A stretch of 41,378 bases of DNA. Source: Peribolospora baueri. Lineage: Eukaryota. The translations under genes were made by a program, and so were the position numbers. The stretch spans positions 310,001 to 351,378 of the forward strand of contig JAMDHS010000010.1 of NCBI GenBank assembly GCA_029717555.1. Reading direction: 5' to 3'. The notes below the pieces were generated by a model. That model had not been told where the DNA came from and searched no databases. It saw nothing but the letters and a program-made list of their open reading frames with translations. The first letter of the stretch is position 1. Each line of letters starts with the position of its first letter. Positions 24,441 through 36,356 of this stretch are shown here, piece by piece.

Positions 24441-26646
24441 ATGCCCTACGCGTCCTTGCCCGCCAGGCCGGAGATGGGCAGGAACAGTGGCGACGTCAGC
24501 GCGTACTACCAGACCAGCCTCCTCCTTGCCCACCGTCGCTCCCAGCACTCCAGGAGGCGTCGCCATCGCACCCGTCCTGGCGCACTCGTCCCCGTCATGC
24601 CAGACGCGCTGGCCGATCCTGCGTCCGCCACAGCGACGGCCGTCGATCCCACCACCGCCGAGCCTTCAAGCCGCGCGTGCTGCCGCGCGCTGGCGCCGCT
24701 CGACCTCTCCAAGCCGACGGTTCTGCTCGTCCAGATGGAGCTCCTCAGCGCCACCGCCACCTCCGCCCTCTCCCTCCTCCCCAGCGCCCTCGCCGACGAC
24801 TTCAACTTTTTGTCCATCGAGCTTCGCGGCCACGGCAGGACGGTTTGCGTGCCCAAGGCGGGCTTTGACGTCGACGACGCCCAGGCGGATATCCTGGACG
24901 CCTTGGCCGTCGTCGTCAAGGCCTCTTGCGACGACCACCACGACCGGAACGCCACCGTCGAATCGACAGACGAGGTCAAGCAGCTCTTGGCCCGCCTCGA
25001 GGGCAAGGTGCATTTGCTCGCCGTATCCGTCGGATGTCTCGTCGGCATGAGGATCGCCGCCGATCATCCCGAGCTCGTCGCCAGCCTCACCATCGCCGGT
25101 CCTGTAACGGAGGAAGAGGTGAGCCGGCTCGCCCGCTCCACCCCGTTCGGCTTTCCCTCTCTTCCTCGGAAGGTCGCTCCAAGGTGGAGGAGGACGAGGG
25201 GCCCCTGTTCGTGATGGATAGCTCACACGCGCTCTGGCCTGCCTGCTTGCCTAACCAGACGCCGGAGAACATGCAAGGCTTCTTAGAAGTAGCCCACCAA
25301 ATACGCTCAAGGGCGCCCTCGGACGACAAACCCGTTCCACCGACGGAAAAGGTACAAGAACTGCTACGTGCGCTTGTTCAGCGCTGTTTCGGTTCCTCCT
25401 ACCGTATCTCCCCGAAAGCATGGCGGAGGTTGAAGACGGAGAACGTGGACAGGCTCATGGGAAGCGTGGACGGAGACGCTGAGGCCAACTTTGATATGCT
25501 CTGCAACATGTACTGCAAGAGGGCCAAGATGGATGCGGACAGGTTGGCACGGATTAGGTGCGAGGTGCAGATCGTAGAGGGCACGTCCGAGTTGCCGTAT
25601 GAGCGACCGATAGCAGAGGTGATTCCCCTCCTTCCTTCCCCCAGGCCGACGGCACCGCACCGGACCGCACCGGCGAACGATTGACTGAAAGCCCGTTTTT
25701 TTTGTCTTCCTGTTTTTCTTTCTCTCTCCCTCTCGTCCGTCCCTCTAGTCTTTCCGACCCCTCTTCCCCAACGCGGCCGCCTTCAAGATCTATCGGATCC
25801 GAGGAGCGCCGCATGTGAGTAATGAGCGAGCTGGAGCTCTGTCGTCGGACGGGACGAACGTGTCGGTCGTCTGCGCGAGCGGAGCGCGCTCATCTCCCGT
25901 CGTCCCCATTTGCTCTTTTCATCCTCTCTCCCCCCCCCCCGTTCCGTCCACGCCAGCTTGTCAACGTCACTCATCCAGCGGAGCTCGGCGAGATCCTCGT
26001 CCCATTCGTGCACCGCCTCGCGGGCCTACTCCCCTCGGACAAGATGAGCGCCCTCTCCCTACAGGACTCCTTCGCCGTGCGGAGAGAGCGCGCCGTCTCC
26101 GAAGTGACCGCGACCGCTACCGCCGCCGCCGCCACAACTGCAGCCGGAGCCGCGTCGACCTCTGACGATAATGCCGCCACCACCCTGGACAGTCTTTCTC
26201 GCGTCGGAAGCGCGAGCGAAAGAGCAAAACATGCGGATCAGAAATTGTACCAGCAGATCGTTTCCGGCTCTGGCAGGGTTGGCGCCGGCATGCCGACGAC
26301 GCCTCTCCCTACTGTGCGATCGTTTCGTGGGGATGCGGGGGAAGGTGCGGAGGAGGAGGACGGGGAGGAGGAGGACGACGACGAGGACAGCGAGGAAGAC
26401 GACAGCTTCAGCGACGAGCGCGACGAAAAGGCCGACGACGGCGGCGCCTCCAAAGGTCAACAACATCTCGACCGACGCGCATACGAGCAGCGCGAGCGGG
26501 ACAGCTATGGCCGATGCATCTCGGCGCTCGACATGAGGGCGCGCCGTGCTCTCCCTGACAGCGTCTTGATGGAGCGTGAACGCTTGCTCAAGACGCCCCT
26601 TCCGGACTTTGCCGTCGTCGTCGAGGAGGTCCACGACGGGCAGTGA
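24441..26646 (+). CDS. Alpha/beta-hydrolase fold protein with an acidic C-terminal extension, 4 exons
   Basis: Segments DLSKPTVLL, FNFLSIELRGHGRT, nucleophile elbow HLLAVSVGCLVG, HPELVASLTIAG, LARIRCEVQIVEG and IRGAPH|LVNVTHPAE (catalytic His region) are present. Introns lie at about 25119-25258, 25619-25748 and 25815-25957. Confidence 0.85.
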
Positions 26647-26684
26647 GGCGCGGCGAAGCGAAGCGCGGCGGCGGCGGCCCAAGC

Positions 26685-26714
26685 GAAGAAAGAAAAGAAG
26701 AAAGAAAAGAAAAA
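26685..26714. repeat. (AAAGA)n purine tract
   Basis: aagaaagaaaagaagaaagaaaagaaaaag lies just 3' of the hydrolase stop. Confidence 0.7.
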
Positions 26715-27175
26715 GACGAAGCCATGTTTTCCCCCCTTGTCCTTACCTTATCCTTCGACCCCCGACGTCGCTTACACACGCCCGTTAGCTTTCGCGACGA
26801 TACCCCCACCACATGACTATACGACCCCTCCGACCCCGCACGTATTCCTACTCTGCCAAGCTATGTAGAAAGACCCCTTCGGCTGTCATGATGATACCCC
26901 TAGTCATGTTAGTCCTTACGATTGAGACATCTCCACTTGGCCAAATCCGGTCTATCTCTCTTGAAATAGACCCCTCCCATCCTTCTTTTCCGCTCGAGTC
27001 CTTAGTACGAAGGCACACGCTGTCGAGCAGGAAGAGCCTGCTAGAACTTTGGAACGGACATAAAGGTGAGGAGCGTGGGTTTGCAGTGCTTTTCTTCGAC
27101 GGGCTGGCCGCACCGGTGAGGAAAAGGAAGCGAGAGAGCGACCAAGCACGAGCGCCAGACTATTTGCACAGAGCA

Positions 27176-30100
27176 TCAATGCCGTCCTCCCGAGCGTCCG
27201 CTCGAGCGACGACCACCACCGCCGCCATTCCGTCTCTTGTGCTCTCCTCCCCCGCCCTCCTCGCCCCGCTCTCGCTCCCTCGGTCGGTCCCTGTCTCCTT
27301 CGCGCTCCCGTCTCCTCTCTTTATCTTTCTCTTCCCTGTCCGCGTGCCCGCCTTCCTTCGGGCGAACCCGAGACGCCGCCTCCTCCGCCGGCCTGCGATC
27401 TTCCGACCGACCGCCGCCACCCTTGTCCGCACCGCTGCTGGACGTCACCGGGGCCGGAGTCGGTGTAGCAGGTGAAGCGGCTCCGCCACCGATGGCGTAT
27501 TTGGCGCTGCGATTGATCTTGACTCGCTTGCTAGGCGCTTCTGCCGATGTCTGTCAGAAACGATAGAATGCGCTCGAGTGAGGACAATCCACAAGGGGGA
27601 TACCAGGAAAAAAAAAACACTCACGTTGGTCTTCTCGGCCGCGCTCACCTCTTTCTCTAGACGGTCGGCCAGAGACCTCTTCCTGTTCGCGCTCTCTGGA
27701 GTTGAGGCGCTCGCCTTGGGGCCGGTAGGCGGCTCGATCGGAGCGTTAGAAGGCGCCCCGCGTCCGTGGTCTCCGTCCGCCAGGTGGGGAGCGAGTTGTC
27801 GCTCTGCCGTCCCGGCAGCAGCACGCGGCTGCGTCGGCGCACCAGTAGGGGTCTGATCAGGCCTGCGAGACGCCTCCGCCGACATACTCTCTCGAGCTGA
27901 ACCTCGGTCGTCGACCCGCCGACGCTTATTCCCTCCATCGTCGGGATCACCGCGGCGACGAGCTTCCGCCATGTGACGCGGTTCGCGCGGAGCAGAGGAC
28001 ACGTCACCGGAAACTCGACGCGCAGCTTCACGGTCTCGCTCGCGCGGCCGTTCCTTCTCCCTCTCACGTTCCTTCTCCTTGTACCTTTCTCTCTCCCAAT
28101 CCCTGTCTCGTTCTCCCCGGCCATGACGGTCGTCCCGCTCCCCTCGCCTTCCTCCTCCGTCTCTCGCCCTTTCGTCGTGACCAGATTCACGAGGCCTCTT
28201 TCCTCGCTCCCTTTCGGAACCTCGACTCCGATCATCCCGTCGAGCATCACCCTCTCTCTCCCTCGCCCTATCTCGGTCCTTCTCTTTCTCCCTGTCCCTC
28301 TCGCGCTCTCTCTCCCTGTTGCGACAACTGCCCGACTCGCGTTCCCGCTCCCGGTCGCGCTCGCGACGGCGGCCGTCTTCGCTTTCTCGCGCCCTGGAAT
28401 GCGTCGAGTCGACGCTCCCATGTCGACTCGACCTTCGTGAAGGTGAGGTGGACCTAGGAGATGGGGGATGCGAACGGCCATTGGCGGAGGAGTGCTGACT
28501 TGGTGGTGCCTTTGGTGGCAACGCTCGCTCCTTTCCATCCTTTTCTCGATCCTTTTCCCGGTCGCGTTCACGTTCTCGAACCGCCTGCGCGTCTCTCGTG
28601 TTGGCTGGGGAGCTGGGCGGGTTCATGGAATCCAGCACGAGCTGACGAGCAGCTGCAGCCGAGGCCGGAATGGAGGGTTGCTTCGTGTCCACCGTCGTTG
28701 GAGCGCTTGGGCGATCTTGACCGTCGTTCGAGGTTTCCGCAGTAGAAACGTCGGGGCCAGCGTTCTCGTCGGCGCGACGCTCGCTCCGCGGCTCTCGAGG
28801 CGGCTCTCGAGAAGCTCGCTCGGAACGGTCGTTGCGTCCGAAGGAAGGCCGCGGCGGAAGTGGAATCGTTGCCCGTACTCCAGGAGTTGATGGTGGGGCG
28901 CTCGTGCGAGCTTGATCACCCTGCGCCGCAGCCGACGGTATATCGCCCTTCGATGCAGGAGACTCGTCAGCCTGACCAGCATCAGCCGCGGCAGAGGGCA
29001 TCGACGCTGCCTTCGTGTCGGGTGAAGCGGGTGTGGCCGAGGGCGCAGAAGAACCCTTCGCGGCTGGGGCGGGTGACCCTGCCGCAACGAGCGGCTTTTG
29101 GGGGGTGCGAATCTGTAGATGACGGGAGCCGGCGCTCGATCAACAAAACACAGCAGGCGGCGAAGACGGGAAAAAAAACAAAAAAAAAAAAAAGCACATT
29201 TACATGGCGGAAGGCATCGAATGTCGGCAGCTTCTCTTGCTTCCGCTTGAGCTTCGCCAGATAGCTAAAAAAGAAATCGGAACCGAAAAAACCGGTTTCA
29301 TTGGTATACGACGCGCCTAGGCACCAGGTGACCTGTCTGTTCGGACTGCTGACGGTGACCGTCATGCAACCTTCTCTCACGCAACTCACCCTGTGGCCAT
29401 AATCTTCAGATCCTCGCGCTTTTCCTCTGTTGAGAGCCTCTGAACGGACGCGATGAGCCTCTCGCCGATCTGATCGATGGCGGGGAAGAAAGGTTCAATG
29501 CGGTTGAGGGCGACAATGGCGTTACGGATGTGCATGTGCTCTCGTGAGTCGAGGCAGCCGAGAAAGCCCTGAATAGGACAAGAACGCAGCCGTGCCAAAG
29601 TTAGATCTAGTCTGCTCAGCGTTCCCGTCGAGATGAGATCCTATCACTCACCGCGAGCATCATCCTGTGCCACTTAGCCAAGATACCCGGGAACTGCTCC
29701 CACGTAACCATGGCATTAGTCGGCGGAGCCCACTTCGCCCGAAAGCCAGGCAAATTTTTGCCGATGGCCTCTCGCTGGAACACCTCCTCCTTGGCGTGCC
29801 AGGCATGCAAATCGGCCAGGAGGTCGTGCAGGAAACGAGCTGGAAAAGAAGAAGGGCCAGACGAGATGAACGATTGGCGCTTGTTTTTTCGGTAATCGAG
29901 AAGAACTACAACACAGGATCGGGTACGCACCGTAATTGGAAGCCTCCTTCTCCGTACAGGAGAACAAGATGGACCCGATTTGCTCTCCAAAGATCTGCAA
30001 AATTATCATCAGCGGACGTCAGTACCACAGCTTGCATCCATCTCCGACCCGTCTTCGCTTCGACCGCCTTCGCGGACGCGGCACCTACCGTATCGTAAAA

Positions 30101-33100
30101 CTTGAGGCTGCTAAAGTTGGCCGTACCGATCGAGTGCATCGTCTTGATAAACTTTGCCGAGAACATGGCGTCCAAGGGCGAGAGCATAGCGCGAGGCTGG
30201 ACGCAGTACTGGACCACATTCTTGACGATTTCGCCCCGGTTCGCGCTCCCTTCTGCTGAGTGGTGTGGCGTGTTCCGACGGAACGGAGGCGGGTGAGAAA
30301 ACAAACTGCTCGATCTACTACACCGCGGCGAAATTAGGTACGTACTAGAGAACCAGTGCTCCTTCTCAACGTTGAGCCTCCTCCTCGTCGCCTCATAGCC
30401 GAGCGTCTGTCCCTTGAGCTCGTCATTGAGCGTCTTTATAGTGCTCAAGAGCTTCTCGCGAGCCGTCTTCTTTGACGGGTCAGAGCCATACTCTGCGTCC
30501 AGCTGTCTCACCAGGCGGGACAGACGGTCGCTCTCCTTCCGGTACCGCTCCATAGGCACCGATATGTCGTAGAGGCTCAGTTGCCAAAAGGTGACAAAGA
30601 AGGCCGAGCCAACCGACTGTCGGACCGACTCGGGCAAGATCTCGTCCGCCATGTCGATCACATCCGCCAGACCAGAGTGCCAAACGGGCTTAGCCTTGCG
30701 TGCCGCGCCGGCCGAGTCGTCCAAAACGGATTGAAAGTTCGCGTGAGCAAGAACATAAGATCGGGGTAGGATGATGATCAAGACCGAGGCTCGTCGCACT
30801 GCAACTCACCTCCACCGCTGCCTCCACTGGAGGAACAGGAGACGCAGACTTCCCCTCAGCGCCCTCTTCCTTCACCGCAGGAGAAGCGCGGACCTGTTCG
30901 GCGGCGTCGGTGTCGCCTTCCTTAGCCTCGGTGGCAGCGACGTCCTTCATCTCGGCCTCTTGATCCTGCTTGTCTGTCCCTTGTGCCTCGTCTCCCTCCT
31001 TCTTGGGCTTCGGCTCCGCAGCGACATTGTCATGCCCCTCGGTCTTCACTGCCACTGTCGCTCCCTCGACTTCCATTTTATCGGCCTCCGTCTCAGCCTC
31101 CGCCTCCGCCTCCGCCTTGCCCTCCCCACCTTCCTTCTTTTCCTTCTCCTGCTGCTGCTTGCTCGCCTTCAAAGACTCTTTCAATCTCTTCTCCGCCGCC
31201 TCAGCCTCCGCTGCCGCCCTGACCTTGGCAGCCATCTCCGACGTCTACAAAAAGGCGAGTGGACCAGAGCGACCGGAAGGGACAAAGACAAGGCGAAGTA
31301 GGGCTGGTCAGATCCAGGTCCGACGAAAAACAGGAAACAGAAAAATGGCGCCCCGGCGACGCGGACATACCTTCATGGCGTGTACGAGCTTGGGCCGATT
31401 GATGTGAAAAGCGATGCTAGGTTCGATGCCGAAACGGAGACAGAGGTCGCGGATGGAGGGCGTCAGGGAGGCGTAGGCGCCTGGCTCGAGGAAGGAGGTC
31501 AGAAAATCAACGTATTGGAACAGAACGGCCTGGCACTGCAGATACACAGAGGGGTTCAAGACTCAGAAGGCGTGAGTGGACGTGTGATACGTAATACCCA
31601 ATCTGAAAGGAAGCGATCGCGGGCGCGTGGGACGAACAGATGGACTCACGGAATCAAACAAGTTGCCAAGGTACTTCAAGTGGGCCTCCGGCTCGGGAAC
31701 CAAGTGCACGCAAGCCTGCCTCTGTTGAGCGACGAGGACGAGAAGGGGAATGGCGAGACGGCTCTCGTCCAACGCTCTCAGCAACCTCATCCCTGCCCTC
31801 CTCAATGCCGGCTTCTTGTCCGCCGCAGCGCTAGAGCTCATTAAGGCCTCTTGACGGAGACTCTTGCCTCCGGCGAGGGCGGCTATATCGTCGTCAGACA
31901 AGTCGGAGATGGATTCGATACCGGTCATCTTGAGAATGAGCTCGCGGATGATGATCAGGTCCTTCGAGTTGTTCGTCTTGAGTTGGTTCACGACGTACTC
32001 CAGAACAGTGGATGGGTCCATCATCGCGTATCGGCGGAAGACCGTACCGGTGAAGCCGGCCAGGCCTATGAGGGAAGAGCGAAGAGACACGAATGAGCTC
32101 CTGTCGCTTGACCGGTGAACGGCCAAACGGTGGGACAGGGGATAGATCAGCAAAACTCACTCTGCAGCCACTGCGATAGATTGGTGCCGTCCTGCTTCGT
32201 CCTGTCCTTCTCCGGGTTGCTCAGCCCCTCGATGACGGCAAACGTCAAGACGTCATATCCAAACTGAGTCAAGTACTTGGCCGTATCGACGACGGGGGCG
32301 ACCAGATTCTCGTACGCCTGCACCTGGTTGAGAGCGATGGAGAAGAGGACGAGCGGGTTGGAGTGGCTGACTTTTGCCAGCGTCCTCCCGAATTGCTTTA
32401 CGTTGTCCTTGCTAATCCTCCTCAGAATCGACTTGGCCTCCTTCTCTGTCTCGACGGACCTGACGCGCAGCTCCGGATGCTTCTTGTACAACGAGTATTT
32501 CCACTCCCCATAGAGAGAGTAGCGAACCTGGTAAGGCAGAAAGCGGATAAAGTTCCAGACCTCGTTCACGAGCCCCGGGTTGGCTTGGAGGAGGGAGAGA
32601 GCGGGTAGGATGTGAAGCCGGATAACCTGGAGCCATTCGGAGCGCACCCGCTCTTCCTCCGGCGTCTGCAGATATCGTCGCACGACGATGAAGGAGGGAG
32701 CGAGAGCGAGTGAGCCAAACCGAAATCGACTCTCGACGCGGTCAAGAACACTATTTCGTTCGAGCCCAATGTGCGGAGAACTCACGCCCTGTTTGACCTT
32801 GACGAGGTGAGCCCTGCCGATTCTGCAAAGTTTCGTCATGAAGCGAACGTCGCGGTACATGTGCACGCCCAACACCTTGAGGAGAGGTTTGACGACTTCG
32901 AGCACACCTCTGCCGGCGGAGACGGTCGGGAGGCCGACTCTCCAGCGCGGGTAGAAGAAGAGGTACTCTGCCGAGATGGTGCTTGACGGCTCGGGTGCCT
33001 TGAGGGTGAGGGTGGGCGTCGGAGAAGGGTAAGCGACGAGACCCTGTGCGGTGGGAGAGTAGCGTTGGCGCGGTGACCCAAGCGCAGGGTTATTGAGGCG

Positions 33101-35406
33101 CGGGGAGCGAGAGGCGAGAGAAATGGACTGGTACACCGGCTCGATGGTCACGTTGAGCAGGCGGAGGAAGAGGTCGGCGATTTCAGGATAGAGGCCGCAC
33201 AGGAATGGATACTGGCCGAGCACGAAGAGAGCATGTCGGAGGTCGCCGACGGCCAGAAGCGCTTTCAAAAGGCCGACCTTCTGGTTCGGAGGCTCCTTGG
33301 CCGGTGTCGCCGTCCCAGCCGCCTTCGGATCTGAGCTCACAGCGCCGTCCTCCTCCTCCAGTAGAGGAGCGGCCATAGACAAGGCATTGCTTCTGGCGGC
33401 CATGGCCTTGTCGGCCAGTGCGTCTTTGTATTTGCCCTGCAGCTTGACCATGTCTTCGTCGGACGGAGACAGCTACCACGCGACAAGCATCGACAAAACC
33501 GGGATGAGAAGGCGGAAATCGAATGAAAAGAGAGTTAGCGTGCATAAGACAGCAAGAGCCCGACCGTTCCGAGAAGATTCAGGCGAAAGTAGGAAACACT
33601 CGCTCACATGTGGATACAGATCTACCATCCTCACAAACCCCTCTCGGATGAGCAAAGCGGCAAGCAAGTAAAGCTGCTCCGGCACATCCTCCGCGACCTC
33701 AGGGCTTTGATAATAGGCCATCTTGAAGCCCAGGGTTTGGCCGCAGACCGAATCACCCACGTCATAGGAGAGTGAGAGGCTCTCGTCGTCGATCACGTGA
33801 TGAGGTGCAGCTGTCTTTCCTTTGTCCGCGTCGTCAGCCTCCATCGCATCCGAGCGGGCTAGGCGGGCCCGGCCCCAAGGAGAGACGGTAAGGAGGTCAA
33901 GGAAGAAAGGGTAGTGGAAAAGGTTGCAGGAGAAAACGTTCAGGATGACGTCCAAAACTCGGTTGGGATCGAGGTCGAAGTAGCCTGAAGAAGAGGTGAA
34001 GACGGAGGGTCGTGATTCGTAACTGGCGCTCGTTGCCGTTCATCCTCGCATTTCAGGCTTTGGTGTCGCCGCCGAGGTGCGAAGGTGGAACCAGAGGCGA
34101 AAGGCAAGACATACCGATGAGACTGCTGATGTTGTTCATCACACCCTTCGCCCGCATCATCCTCTCCTCAGCTGATTCTTGCTCCCTCACACCACTCCTT
34201 GGAGGGCTTTCGGCCTCAGCGAGGCCGGCGCCCGAGGTCGTAGTCGCGGATGAAGTCGAAGACGCCGATGAGAAGGCCAACAGGGGTGGTCCCATGTTGG
34301 TGACAAGCTCGGTGGCGAGCTTGGAGAAACCCTCAGACTCTTCTCGGAGGAGGTTAAACTTTCGCTGCTTGTACCTGTGAAGACAGAGGTGGTACAGCCA
34401 GTTGAGCGGAAAGGAGCGGACGTGGACCAAGAGACAGCTCTTCTGGTGCTGACATGAACCTGCCGGCGGTAGTCAATGAGCGGCACTCACAGCATCGAGG
34501 TGTTGATCTGCACGGTCCTGCGGTTGAAGGCGGTCTCATCGGCGATGAGGCCGACGGACCTGAGCAAAGACACCTCCAGTCGCTCCCGTGCTCGCATCTC
34601 TGAGACGATCTCCTTGGACTGTGCGCACGGACGAGAGACAAAGCAAGACCGATATCAAGATGAGTCCGCTGACGGAACTATGACCGCCATTCGAACCACG
34701 AAGTCTTTGGCACTTACCATCAATTCTTTCACAAGACCGACCAGAACGTTCCTCTGATCGGCGGACTTGCTCTTCGCCAGCTCCTTCTGCTCCTCAGACT
34801 TGCCCTCGCCGGTCGCCATGGCAAGTCCATTCTCCACGTCCGAATCGACGGTCCATACGGTGTCCAGCACAGCATCCTCGACTAGCCTCCGCGCGGACCC
34901 ATCCTGAGAGGTTGAAGTGGAGGGAGCATCAGCATTTGCGTCGAGAGAGCATTGGATGAGGTCGCGGAGCAGGTTGGCGAGCGTTGAGGAGGAGAGACGG
35001 GAGCGGAAGACGACAGAGGCGAAGAGGGTGTGGAGGACAGAAAAAAAGGTGCCTGGGAGTAGGGTGGAGGATGAAACGGCGTCGGAGAGAGTCGATGCGA
35101 GGACTTGCAACCTGCCGGGCGGATGCGAGAAGGGAGCATAGAGCATAGACGGCAGACGGGGGGTCGATCATGCGACAGTGTGAGCGGCGAGTGAGTCGCA
35201 TCTATCCGTCTATCCGTCCGTCCGTCTGTCCATCCATCCGTCCGTATGTCCATCCACTCCTGATTTCACCCTGCTTGTCTGCAGAACATACAGGAGGACG
35301 AGAAGACTTACACTTGACTGCTTCCCCCAGCATCCCACTTGTCCACACACTCGTCGACCAAGCTGCTGGCTTCCTTCATCGTCCGTGGCACCTCGTCTTC
35401 TTCCAT
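27176..35406 (-). CDS. THO2: THO complex subunit 2 (Tho2/Rlr1/THOC2), multi-exon
   Basis: Segments INTSMLYKQRKFNLLREESEGFSKL, LIGYFDLDPNRVLDVIL, RYSLYGEWK, ILRRISKDNVKQFGRTLAKVSHSNP, YLTQFGYDVL, FFVTFWQLSLYDISVP, FSCTEKEASNYARFL and EHMHIRNAIVAL are present, followed by a long R/E/D-rich disordered tail. Exon phases join. Confidence 0.95.
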
Positions 35407-36356
35407 GCTGTCGAACGACTCGCCGATGGTCTGTGGCGCTAAGTGGAGAGGTCGGCAAGACAAAGCAGAATACGAAAGGAAGCGACGGACGGGAGGAGGA
35501 TGTTCCAAACGAATTGGAGGCCTGCTCTTCGCCGTCGACCGTGTGATGAAGGGAAGAAGAAAAGAGCGGTCGGTCGCCCCGAGTGTGGAGCGGGCGATGG
35601 ACGACGAGCGCATTGATCGGTCGGTCGCGGTCGCGCACTGTCTGGGGAGTAGGGTTAGGAAGCCCGCCTACGGCCGTCTCCAGCCGACCGGGTCGGACGC
35701 GTGCGGCATTTCCTTACGTAATGATTGCTTCTTGGGTGAGAGGGCGAGTAGCGTGTGACGCTCCGCTCTATCGCCGAATGCGCGTCAACTGAACGGAGGT
35801 CCGGTTCGCACGCGCGGTCACCACCGACCGGTCCGGGGGAGCGAGCGTCGTCTTCTTGACGCCCGCATCGAGGACCGAAGGAAGACATATTCGGCAATGA
35901 AACTTGCTCGCATGCTCACTTCTTTCGCTTGCCTTGCTCCTCCACCTCGCCCACGGCCATCCAGTGCGTGCGTGCCCCGGATAAAGGGGACGCCGCCGCT
36001 GGTTACCGGCCCGACGTTTCGCCATGCATGGCTTGCATCGCTGGCTTGGCTGCCCTCGTTGGGCCCCTGTTGTCGAAGCCAGGACGAGGACGGGGCTCCG
36101 GCGATGGTGGACGGACGGGATTAGGAGGGAGGGAGGAGGGAGGGAGGGATGAGGAATGTGAATGAATGACTGGCTGACCGACGGGCCGGCGGCCGAGAAG
36201 GCGAAATGATACGATGGCTGCCGCCGGTGGCAGGCTTTTTTAACCGCGTCTTCTTGCACCTCCCTCCTCCCACCTTCCTCTCCTTCTCCCTCTACCACCC
36301 CACCACTCGTTTCTGCTCCCAGCCCCCACGCTCCTTCTTCCCACTTGACCCTCTCC

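Noticed and set aside
26888..26980. ATGATGA box-C-like motif and a small hairpin (GGTCTAT...ATAGACC) between the hydrolase and THO2, a possible snoRNA
   Set aside because: There is no CTGA box D or terminal stem at a suitable distance.
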